A stretch of 52,630 nucleotides of DNA from an uncultured Luteolibacter sp. (GTDB lineage Bacteria > Verrucomicrobiota > Verrucomicrobiia > Verrucomicrobiales > Akkermansiaceae): positions 1-52,630 of the forward strand of contig CAZXHZ010000020.1 in assembly GCA_964639755.1 (NCBI GenBank). The letters are read 5' to 3'. Shown one piece after another: positions 10,289 through 18,822 of this stretch (its first letter is position 1; every line of letters starts with the position of its first letter). The position numbers and the translations under genes were made by a program. The notes beneath the pieces are model-generated. The model searched no databases, had not been told where the DNA came from, and saw nothing but the letters and a program-made list of their open reading frames with translations.

Positions 10289-11962
10289 TTATTGTGCGAG
10301 TGGTGATTGTTCGGATTTGAGCGCGAGCAAGTCTTTCATCACATGCCCGAGGTTGGCGCTGGCGGTGACGCCGCCGAACGCGTTGTGAAGTTCGAGATAG
10401 AGTTTGTAGAGCCGTTCGTAAACGGCCTGGTTTTCAGCAATCGGCTTGTAGCTGATCTCTTTGAGACCGGTCATGGCGTTTTGCGCTGTTTTGAAATCCG
10501 CATGCACGCCCGCTAGCACGGCGGCGGAAACTGCGGAACCTAAGGCGCATGATTGCGGTGAGCGGGAAACGCGCATTTCACAGCCGGTAACATCGGCATA
10601 AATCTGCATGAGCAGCGGGTTTTTCTCGGCAATGCCACCGGAGCAGACAATGCGTTGAACGGGCACTCCGTACTCGCGGATGCGGTCGACGATGGCGCGG
10701 GCACCGAACGCGGTGCCTTCGATCAAAGCGCGGTAGATTTCCGCCTTGGTCGTGTAAAGCGTTTGGCCGAGCAAGAGACCCGTGAGCAACTGGTCGACGA
10801 GAATCGTGCGGTTGCCGTTGTTCCAATCGAGAGCGAGCAAGCCCGATTGCCCCGGCTTCATCTTCGCTGCTTCGGAAGTCAGCGACTCGTGCTGTGACGG
10901 ATCTCCAAGCACGCCCTCGACATACCATTTGAAAATATCGCCAACAGCGGATTGCCCCGCTTCAACACCGAAATAACCGGGCAGGATCGCCCCTTTGACG
11001 ATGCCGCAGATGCCGGGAATGTCGGCCACTTTTTTATCCGCGGATACCACTGCGCAATCGCAGGTTGAGGTGCCAATCACTTTGACGAGCGTGCCTTCAT
11101 CAACGCCGCAACCGATGGCTCCGTAATGGACATCCATTTCGCCGATTGCGATCGGGATCCCTTCAGGCAGGCCAAGTTTTGCAGCCCATTCCGCGGAAAG
11201 TTTTCCCGCAAGTGCTGAGGCATCGTGGGCTTTATCGTAGAGACGGTCGCGAAGCTCGGCGAGTTTGGGGTCGAGGGCTGTCAAAAACTCCTTGTCGGGA
11301 AGGCCGCCCCACTCGTCAGCGTAAAGGGCCTTGTGTCCAGCCATGCAGACGCCGCGCATGATGGCCTTGGGGTCCCTGATGCCGGCGAGCACGGCAGGAA
11401 TGAAGTCCGAAAGTTCGACCCATGAATAAGCGGCGTCAAAAACAGCCGCATCGACTTTCAGGCAGTGCCAAACTTTTGCCCAAAACCATTCCGATGAATA
11501 GGTGCCACCAATTTTTGCAAGATATTGGGGGCGGAGACGCGATGCGGTTTCGGTGATGGTTGCCGCTTCCGGAATGCTGGTGTGGTCTTTCCAAAGCCAG
11601 CACTGCGCGTTCGGATTGGTGGAAAATTTGGGATTCGATGCAAGAGGCACATTGTTCGAATCGACGGGAATCGGGCTTGAGCCGGTGCCGTCCATGCCGA
11701 TTCCGACCACTTGGTCAGCGGAAAAGGACGGATCGGCTTTTTTTGCCGCCTCGAGCGCTTTGAGGGTCGCCTGTTCCAACACGTGCACATAGTCGGCTGG
11801 GCTTTGCCGAGCAAAGTGGTGGTCGGCGGCATTGAGCAGAATGCCATGCTGTCCCGATGGATAATCCACCACCGCCGTACCAAGTTCCCGGCCATTTGCG
11901 CAATCCACCACCAGCGCACGCGCCGAGTTGGTGCCGTAGTCCAAACCAATTGTAAAAGCCAT
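10289..11962 (-). CDS. araB: Ribulokinase (FGGY family)
   Basis: [52 protein letters not shown] and GGIAEKNP. Start taken at MAFTIGLD. Confidence 0.95.
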   Translation of the reverse strand: MAFTIGLDYGTNSARALVVDCANGRELGTAVVDYPSGQHGILLNAADHHFARQSPADYVHVLEQATLKALEAAKKADPSFSADQVVGIGMDGTGSSPIPVDSNNVPLASNPKFSTNPNAQCWLWKDHTSIPEAATITETASRLRPQYLAKIGGTYSSEWFWAKVWHCLKVDAAVFDAAYSWVELSDFIPAVLAGIRDPKAIMRGVCMAGHKALYADEWGGLPDKEFLTALDPKLAELRDRLYDKAHDASALAGKLSAEWAAKLGLPEGIPIAIGEMDVHYGAIGCGVDEGTLVKVIGTSTCDCAVVSADKKVADIPGICGIVKGAILPGYFGVEAGQSAVGDIFKWYVEGVLGDPSQHESLTSEAAKMKPGQSGLLALDWNNGNRTILVDQLLTGLLLGQTLYTTKAEIYRALIEGTAFGARAIVDRIREYGVPVQRIVCSGGIAEKNPLLMQIYADVTGCEMRVSRSPQSCALGSAVSAAVLAGVHADFKTAQNAMTGLKEISYKPIAENQAVYERLYKLYLELHNAFGGVTASANLGHVMKDLLALKSEQSPLAQ

Positions 11963-12011
11963 GATGGGCATGGTCTGCCAAAGCCGCACGCTTGATGGAA
12001 AGATCGCAATC

Positions 12012-12026
12012 GTATTACAGTAATAC
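12012..12026. promoter_or_regulatory. Palindromic operator candidate in the araB/lacI divergent region
   Basis: Perfect 7-1-7 palindrome GTATTAC-A-GTAATAC roughly midway between the two start codons. Confidence 0.55.
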
Positions 12027-12067
12027 TTTAGGCTCGACCGAGCCTTTTTTCGTCCGTATGGGGGGAC

Positions 12068-13135
12068 ATGTCCAAGCCCAGCATGGCAGACGTCGCGAAG
12101 TTGGCAGGCGTTTCAAAAAACACGGTGAGTCTGGCTTTGAGGGGGAGCCTGAGGATATCCGAGAAAACGCGCAAGAGAGTGGCCGAGGTGGCGGGTTCGT
12201 TGGGCTACACGGCGAATTCCACGGTATCCAACCTGATGGCGCAACTGCGGCAAAGTCGTGCGCCTGGTTACCAATCAACTTTGGCGATCATGAATGCCAA
12301 TGAGGATCGCGACGCCTTCACGCGACACCAGACCGTTCCCTTGTATGTGCAAGGCTGCAAGCGTCGCGCGCGACAGCTCGGCTACCAACTCGACGAGTTC
12401 TGGATGCATGACCCTGAGATGCCGATTTCGCGATGGCTCTCAATTTTTCGGGCAAGAAACATTCGGGGAATCGTCATTGTGGGCCTGATGAACAACAACC
12501 GCCTGCCATCGCATCTGGCACCGTTGTGGGATGAATTTCCCGTTGTGGTGACGGGCGTGAGAACCCGGGATCCAGCTCTTACCTTTGCCTGCAGCGATCA
12601 CCATTCGCTTGCTTTGGAAGCGATGGAAAATGCTGTTTCGTTGGGTTACGAGAGACCGGCACTTGTCATCGACAAAGTCATCGATGAGCTGACAGAGGGG
12701 CGTTTTACCGCGGGTTTTCTAACAGGACAAAGCCGCCTCGTGTCAGTTGGAAACAGAATCCATCCTTTTTATGAGGTGGGCGCGGCAAGAAATGACCTTT
12801 CAATTTTCAAAAAATGGCTCGGTGAAAACAGGCCTGATGTCATTTTCACTCTCTATCATGAAGTCAAGAGGTGGCTTGACCAATTGGGCCTCACAGCTCC
12901 TCGCGATCTGGGCTTGATCCAATACGAATGGCGGCAGGATCACGGCAATTGGGCGGGCATGGACCAGCGCAATGATTTGGTGGGCGAGGCGGCGATCGAT
13001 ATGATCATTTCCAGGGTTCAAAACAACGAGCGGGGAGTGCCGGAACAACCTCGTGCAACGATGATTGCCAGTCGTTGGGTCAATGGGGTGACGGTGATCG
13101 GGCCAATTTCGCTGACCGGGGATATTCGCGGTTAG
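12068..13135 (+). CDS. LacI-family transcriptional regulator
   Basis: N-terminal HTH SMADVAKLAGVSKNTVSLAL...TRKRV...LGY, followed by a periplasmic-binding-protein-like domain. Divergent from araBAD. Confidence 0.9.
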   Translation: MSKPSMADVAKLAGVSKNTVSLALRGSLRISEKTRKRVAEVAGSLGYTANSTVSNLMAQLRQSRAPGYQSTLAIMNANEDRDAFTRHQTVPLYVQGCKRRARQLGYQLDEFWMHDPEMPISRWLSIFRARNIRGIVIVGLMNNNRLPSHLAPLWDEFPVVVTGVRTRDPALTFACSDHHSLALEAMENAVSLGYERPALVIDKVIDELTEGRFTAGFLTGQSRLVSVGNRIHPFYEVGAARNDLSIFKKWLGENRPDVIFTLYHEVKRWLDQLGLTAPRDLGLIQYEWRQDHGNWAGMDQRNDLVGEAAIDMIISRVQNNERGVPEQPRATMIASRWVNGVTVIGPISLTGDIRG

Positions 13136-13217
13136 TCGTTCAGCGAGGCCGTTTGTTCAAAATCGCTTTCGGAATTTTAGGCTTGGCAAACAAGGTTGCG
13201 AGATGGTTTTTGGATCC

Positions 13218-14387
13218 ATGCGAAAAATCCATCTTCTCGTGCCTATTCTTGCAGTCGCTCTTCAATCGTGCAAAAAAAACACCAACGCGGCAGAAAGCGA
13301 TGCCTCCCCAAGTTCAGCAGTCGCGGGCGATGCCGTGCCGAAGGAATCTTTTGGCAAATTGCCTGACGGCAGGGATGTGGCGATTTTCACGCTCACCAAC
13401 GCCAATGGCCTCAAGGCCAAGGTGACCGAATACGGTGCGATACTTGTTTCTCTCGAAGTGCCCGACAAATCCGGCAAGCTCGCCGATGTGACCCATGGCT
13501 ACGACACGCTCGAAGGCTGGCTCGGAAATACCAGCTATCTGGGAGCGACCGTTGGTCGTTTCGGGAATCGCATCCGCGATGGCAAGTTCACGCTGGATGG
13601 CAAGGAATACGATCTAGCAAAAAACAACAAGCCGGGCGGGATTCCTTGCCACCTGCATGGAGGCATCAAGGGCTTTGACAAGGTGCTTTGGAGTGGCAAA
13701 GCCGTCGGTAAAAACAGCGTGGAATTCAGCTATCGCTCTGTAGCCGGTGAGGAAGGGTATCCCGGAAACATGGATGTGAAGGTTACCTACACCCTCACCG
13801 ACCTCAATGAGCTGCGCTGGGAAGCTTTGGCAACCACTGACGCTCCCACCATTGCGAACATAGTTCACCACTCGTATTGGAACCTGTCTGGCGATCCGAC
13901 GCGTAGCATCAATGACCATGAGCTTCAACTTCCCGCCAAACATTATCTTCCCACCAACGCCGGATTGATCCCCACGGGGGAGATTGCTCCCGTGGCAGGA
14001 ACTCCCATGGACTTCACCACCTCGACAAGGATCGGAGAAAGGGTCGATGCGGATTTCGAGGCCATCAAATTCGGTGGTGGCTACGATCATTGCTGGGTGC
14101 TTGGAAAAGGCGATGCCTTGCGTCTATCGGCCCGTCTCAAGGATCCTTCATCCGGCCGCGTGATGGAAATTTTCTCCAATCAGCCAGCGATTCAGTTCTA
14201 CGGTGGCAACTTTCTTGACGGCACCATCGCCGGCAAAAAGGGCGTCAAGTACGGCCATCGCACCGCACTTTGCCTCGAGACCGAAGGTTTCCCCGATTCG
14301 CCGAACCAAGCCTCGTTTCCATCGCCCGTTCTCCGTCCCGGCTCCACCTATCATCACGTGATGGTTCACAAGTTTACCGCCGAGTAA
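13218..14387 (+). CDS. galM: Aldose 1-epimerase (mutarotase) with a lipoprotein signal
   Basis: GRFGNRI, LHGG, EEGYPG, HHSYWNL, GGYDHCW, QFYGGNFL and CLETE. N-terminus MRKIHLLVPILAVALQSC has a lipobox-like Cys. Confidence 0.92.
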   Translation: MRKIHLLVPILAVALQSCKKNTNAAESDASPSSAVAGDAVPKESFGKLPDGRDVAIFTLTNANGLKAKVTEYGAILVSLEVPDKSGKLADVTHGYDTLEGWLGNTSYLGATVGRFGNRIRDGKFTLDGKEYDLAKNNKPGGIPCHLHGGIKGFDKVLWSGKAVGKNSVEFSYRSVAGEEGYPGNMDVKVTYTLTDLNELRWEALATTDAPTIANIVHHSYWNLSGDPTRSINDHELQLPAKHYLPTNAGLIPTGEIAPVAGTPMDFTTSTRIGERVDADFEAIKFGGGYDHCWVLGKGDALRLSARLKDPSSGRVMEIFSNQPAIQFYGGNFLDGTIAGKKGVKYGHRTALCLETEGFPDSPNQASFPSPVLRPGSTYHHVMVHKFTAE

Positions 14388-14586
14388 TTTTTCCGCATTT
14401 CAAACATCTCCCTTGGCTCATATGGCAATCGATACGGATCGCCTAGGCTAATGGGCAATGTTATACACTTGGCAGGTCGAATCCGCGATGCCTTCTCTTG
14501 GCGTTGCCATGGCATAAATGAAGCGTTTTTGTTCCGTTGTGCTTTCCAATAAATCATTATCCCAACCGATTGAAAAAATCTTCGAT

Positions 14587-16521
14587 ATGAATGCCGGCGC
14601 AAATTTTGTCAGAATGCTTTTGGCGTGCCTTTTTTCGATTTCACTCGCTGATGCTGCGATCACATTGTCGCCGCCTTTTGGGGCCGACATGGTCATTCAG
14701 CGTGGCAAGCCGATCCCGGTTTCCGGTACAGCTGCGCCAAACAAAGGCATCACTGTGGCCTTCGACAACCAGACAAAAACAACCAGCTCCGACGGGACTG
14801 GCAACTGGCGGGTCATGTTGGATCCCATGCAGGCAAAGGTTGCTGGTGGCGATTTGAAAGTTTCGGAAGAGGGGGGCGCTACAGTGACCTTGTCAAATGT
14901 GGTCGTAGGCGATGTGTGGATATGCAGCGGCCAGTCAAACATGGCCGTTGCTCTCAAGGGTTGTGAGCGCCAGCAAGATATTGATGGCGCCGATTTTCCG
15001 ATGCTGCGCCAGTTCAGATTGCCTGAGACGGCTTCGGATGTCCCTCTCAGGACAGCTAAGGGAAAATGGATCATTTGCAGCCCCAGCACAGCAGCCGGGT
15101 TCTCGGCGACCGCATTTTATTTCGGCCGCAAGATCTGTCAGGATCAAAAATCAACCATTCCCATCGGGTTGTATTTCGCAGCCGTGGGTCAAACCCAGAT
15201 TGACCGATGGTTGCCGCAGGAGGGTGTGACGGATATTCCAGAGTTGGCTCCTTTGTTTAATCAAAGCATCATGCCGAAAGGCCCATTTTCATTGTTCAAT
15301 GGCATGCTCTATCCACATGTCATGTTGCCGGCCAGAGGCATGATTTGGTATCAGGGTGAACATGGTGAGCTAGAAAAACAATCACCCGACAGTTACTACC
15401 TCAAAATGAAAGCCCTGTCGCAGGGGGTAAAACGAATGCTGGGTCAGGATAGTCTGCCATTCTATTTCGTGCAGTTGGCGAGTTTTGGCGGCGCGCAGAA
15501 GGATTCGGCGCCAAACTTCAAAGCTGGGATTTGGAATGCCGACACCCGCTTGCAGCAGGCCAACGCGATGTCATTGCCTAACGCCGGCATGGCATCGGCC
15601 ATGGATCTTGGCGAATCGAAAGCCATGCATCCGAAAAACAAACTTGATGTGGGCGAGCGCCTCGCGCTTTGGGCATTGAAAAATGAATATGGCAGCAGCA
15701 TTGCTGAAACGAGCGGCCCCATCCTGAAAGATGTGACGGTATCTGGAAGCAACTTGATCTGCACATTCGAGCACGCTGTAAGCGGGCTCATGGTTGGATC
15801 AAAGGAAGGTTATGAAAAGGTGCAGGAAGTTCCGAATGGCAACTTGGAAAAATTTTCCATTACTGGTGATGGCGGCAAGTGGCATGACGCGGCTGCCAAG
15901 GTTGTTGGCAATACCGTTGTGGTTTCATCGCCATCGGTTCCCACTCCGCGTGGAGTGGCTTATGCATGCATGAGCAATCCTACGGGATGCAATCTTTACA
16001 ACAAAGATGGGCTGCCCGCTTCGCCATTCTATGTCGAGGACCTGAATGCGAAATTCAACATAACTGCCAGCACTGGCGAGGGAGGCAGCATCACTCCTGC
16101 TGGCGTGGCGACCTATTTGAAGAGAAAAACCGCGCTCTACACGATCACCCCGAACGCGGGCAAGTTCATCAAGGATGTTCTTGTCGATGGCATCTCGGTA
16201 GGAGCCGTGAAACATTACACATTTGATCCGTTGTACGCGAATCACACCATATCAGCCGTGTTTACATCGAGCGCGCCGAGTTATGTGATCAAAGCATCGG
16301 CAGCCCCGGGTTGCACCATCAGCCCGAGCGGTTCGATCAGCGTCGCCCAAGGCTCTTCCCAGTGCTTTACGATCACGCTTCCGCCAGCAGGGGGCATGAC
16401 CGTATCTGTTGATGGGAAACCCATGGGGCAGCGCACGATCTTCAATTTTGCCGATGTTCGGAAAAATCACACCATTTCGGTGGAAGCTGCGCCGCAAACG
16501 AGCCCGCAAGCAAGTCCGTAA
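14587..16521 (+). CDS. Secreted SASA/sialate O-acetylesterase-family esterase with two C-terminal InlB B-repeat-like domains
   Basis: GDVWICSGQSNM, WYQGE, VQLA, MHP.NK..VGERLA and LYNKDGLPASPF. Two ~70-aa repeats of the form ITAS...G.I.P.G...VDG......F.....NHTIS. Confidence 0.85.
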   Translation: MNAGANFVRMLLACLFSISLADAAITLSPPFGADMVIQRGKPIPVSGTAAPNKGITVAFDNQTKTTSSDGTGNWRVMLDPMQAKVAGGDLKVSEEGGATVTLSNVVVGDVWICSGQSNMAVALKGCERQQDIDGADFPMLRQFRLPETASDVPLRTAKGKWIICSPSTAAGFSATAFYFGRKICQDQKSTIPIGLYFAAVGQTQIDRWLPQEGVTDIPELAPLFNQSIMPKGPFSLFNGMLYPHVMLPARGMIWYQGEHGELEKQSPDSYYLKMKALSQGVKRMLGQDSLPFYFVQLASFGGAQKDSAPNFKAGIWNADTRLQQANAMSLPNAGMASAMDLGESKAMHPKNKLDVGERLALWALKNEYGSSIAETSGPILKDVTVSGSNLICTFEHAVSGLMVGSKEGYEKVQEVPNGNLEKFSITGDGGKWHDAAAKVVGNTVVVSSPSVPTPRGVAYACMSNPTGCNLYNKDGLPASPFYVEDLNAKFNITASTGEGGSITPAGVATYLKRKTALYTITPNAGKFIKDVLVDGISVGAVKHYTFDPLYANHTISAVFTSSAPSYVIKASAAPGCTISPSGSISVAQGSSQCFTITLPPAGGMTVSVDGKPMGQRTIFNFADVRKNHTISVEAAPQTSPQASP

Positions 16522-16756
16522 ACCGCCCCAGAAACTGGTCCGTGAGTCGGTGTTGATCTGTCAGTAAAGCCCCTTTGGTTCAATAAGGGACCTCACGTCG
16601 AAGTCAGATTTATCCAGCGGCAGCCTCATTCGATCTGCCTGCAGATGGATGATGGGCGCGCAACCGCGGGGATTGCGCCACGATAAGAAAAATATCTGAA
16701 AAATTGCGTGCGACCGGCACGTAATCATAAGACAACTTTTCTTACATCAGCAACAA

Positions 16757-18787
16757 ATGATAGCTTACTATTCGCGCATCGGGCTTGTTTTTTGCAGCAC
16801 ATTTCTGTCGGTGCCGACATGTTTCGCACAACTTGCAAGCATTGTTGACATGCCGGACGCCTCTGCCGAACACAACGCACATTATGTTGGCAACCGTTCG
16901 CCCCTGCTTCCGAGTCTCTTGATCAAGCTTCCGGTTGGAGCGGTGCGCCCCAAAGGCTGGCTTGAACAACAATTGTTGATGCAGGCCGATGGATTCCACG
17001 GCCATTTGGGGGAAATTAGCAAATTTCTAAAGAAAGATGGAAATGCATGGTTGGATCCGCAAGGCAGCGGTCAGTATGGTTGGGAGGAAGTGCCCTACTG
17101 GCTCAAGGGTTTCGGTGATTGTGCCTATTTGTTGGGCCGGGAGGATCAAATCAAGGAAGCCAAACTATGGTTGGAAGGCGCGATCCGCAGTCAGCGTGAG
17201 GATGGCTACTTTGGCCCGGGACATGGCACAAAAAGCACCGTGAAAAGCACCTCAGGCAAATATGACCTGTGGCCGAACATGGTTATGCTGATGTGCTTGC
17301 AATCATATCATGAATTCACAGGAGATCCGCGGGTTGTCGAATTGATGAAGAAATATTTCAAGTGGCAGTTGAACGTGCCTGACCAAGAGTTCTTGCCGCC
17401 ATATTGGCAACAGCAAAGGGCTGGCGACAATCTCTGGAGCGTTTTGTGGCTGTACAACCGCATTGGGGAACCATGGCTGCTGGATTTGGCAACCAAGATT
17501 CACAAACGAACCGCCAATTGGACCGATGGCATTCCGAACTGGCACAATGTCAACATGGCCCAGGCCTTTGGGGGGCCGGCTTTTTATTGGCAACTTTCCA
17601 AAGAAAACAAACATTTGGAGGCGGCTGAACGGAATTGGAGGACGATGCGAGACCTTTATGGCCAAGTGCCGGGAGGAATGTTCGGTGGCGATGAAAACTG
17701 TCGCCGTGGTTTGTTTGATCCTCGTCAAGCAATTGAAACATGCGGCATGGCTGAAATGATGTTTTCCAATGAGCGCTTGCTCACCACCACAGGCAATCTT
17801 GTTTGGGCCGATCGTTGCGAGGATGTGGCTTTCAATTCAATGCCGGCCGCTTTGACTGCCGATTTCAAGGCTTTGCGTTATCTTACCGCGCCGAATCACG
17901 TCTTGTCGGACAAGCAGTCGAAATCTCCCGGTATTCAAAATGGCGGCCCCATGTATCACATGAATCCCCATATTCACCGATGCTGTCAGCATAATTTTGG
18001 TCACGCGTGGCCTTATTTCGCCGAATATCTTTGGTGCGCCACTCCCGGCAACGGGCTTGCAGCCGTATTGTATTCGCCCGGCGAAGTACGGGCGAAGGTG
18101 GGATCCGGCGTGGAGGTGGTCATCACAACAAAGACCGACTACCCCTTCGACGAAGCGATCGAATTCATGCTGACAACTTTAAAGCCCGTTTCCTTTCCTT
18201 TGTACCTGAGAATACCGGGCTGGTGCTCAAGGGCCGCTGTGGTGATCAACGGCGAATCACTCAAGGTTGATGCAAAAGCAGGAAAGTTTTTGCGTCTTTC
18301 ACGCGAGTGGAAAAATGGCGACAGCGTTCGATTGACGCTACCCATGGATATTTCCCTGAGGGTTTGGGAAAAAAACAAAGGCAGCGTGTCCGTGGATCGT
18401 GGTCCATTGACTTATGCCCTGAAAATAGGCGAACAGTACATTCAAGATGGCAAAGCACCATGGTTTGCTTGGGAGATTCATCCCACCACGCCTTGGAACT
18501 ACGGACTCAAACTTGATGCTGCAAATCCCTCGGCATCGTTTGAGCTGGTGAAAAAACCGTTTCCCAAAAATCAAATTCCTTTTACGCATGAAGGAAATCC
18601 TCTTGAGCTGCGCGCCAAAGGTCGGCGCATTCCGCAGTGGACCACCGACGAACGCGGCTTGGTCAAACCCCTCCCGGTCAGTCCGGTGCCGTCGTCAGAA
18701 GCGGATGAGCAGATAACTCTTATTCCGATGGGGGCCGCGCGCCTGCGGGTGTCATCATTTCCTGTCGTTGGCGAACAAAATCCATAA
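16757..18787 (+). CDS. Beta-L-arabinofuranosidase-like glycoside hydrolase (GH127/GH146 clan), secreted
   Basis: Signal peptide, WEEVPYW, GMFGGDE, ETCG, RCCQHN (Cys/Zn site), TDYPF, LYLRIPGW, RGPL and LIPMGAARLR. Confidence 0.88.
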   Translation: MIAYYSRIGLVFCSTFLSVPTCFAQLASIVDMPDASAEHNAHYVGNRSPLLPSLLIKLPVGAVRPKGWLEQQLLMQADGFHGHLGEISKFLKKDGNAWLDPQGSGQYGWEEVPYWLKGFGDCAYLLGREDQIKEAKLWLEGAIRSQREDGYFGPGHGTKSTVKSTSGKYDLWPNMVMLMCLQSYHEFTGDPRVVELMKKYFKWQLNVPDQEFLPPYWQQQRAGDNLWSVLWLYNRIGEPWLLDLATKIHKRTANWTDGIPNWHNVNMAQAFGGPAFYWQLSKENKHLEAAERNWRTMRDLYGQVPGGMFGGDENCRRGLFDPRQAIETCGMAEMMFSNERLLTTTGNLVWADRCEDVAFNSMPAALTADFKALRYLTAPNHVLSDKQSKSPGIQNGGPMYHMNPHIHRCCQHNFGHAWPYFAEYLWCATPGNGLAAVLYSPGEVRAKVGSGVEVVITTKTDYPFDEAIEFMLTTLKPVSFPLYLRIPGWCSRAAVVINGESLKVDAKAGKFLRLSREWKNGDSVRLTLPMDISLRVWEKNKGSVSVDRGPLTYALKIGEQYIQDGKAPWFAWEIHPTTPWNYGLKLDAANPSASFELVKKPFPKNQIPFTHEGNPLELRAKGRRIPQWTTDERGLVKPLPVSPVPSSEADEQITLIPMGAARLRVSSFPVVGEQNP

Positions 18788-18822
18788 TTATCCGATTTCA
18801 CCCACATCATCCACCAATCATC

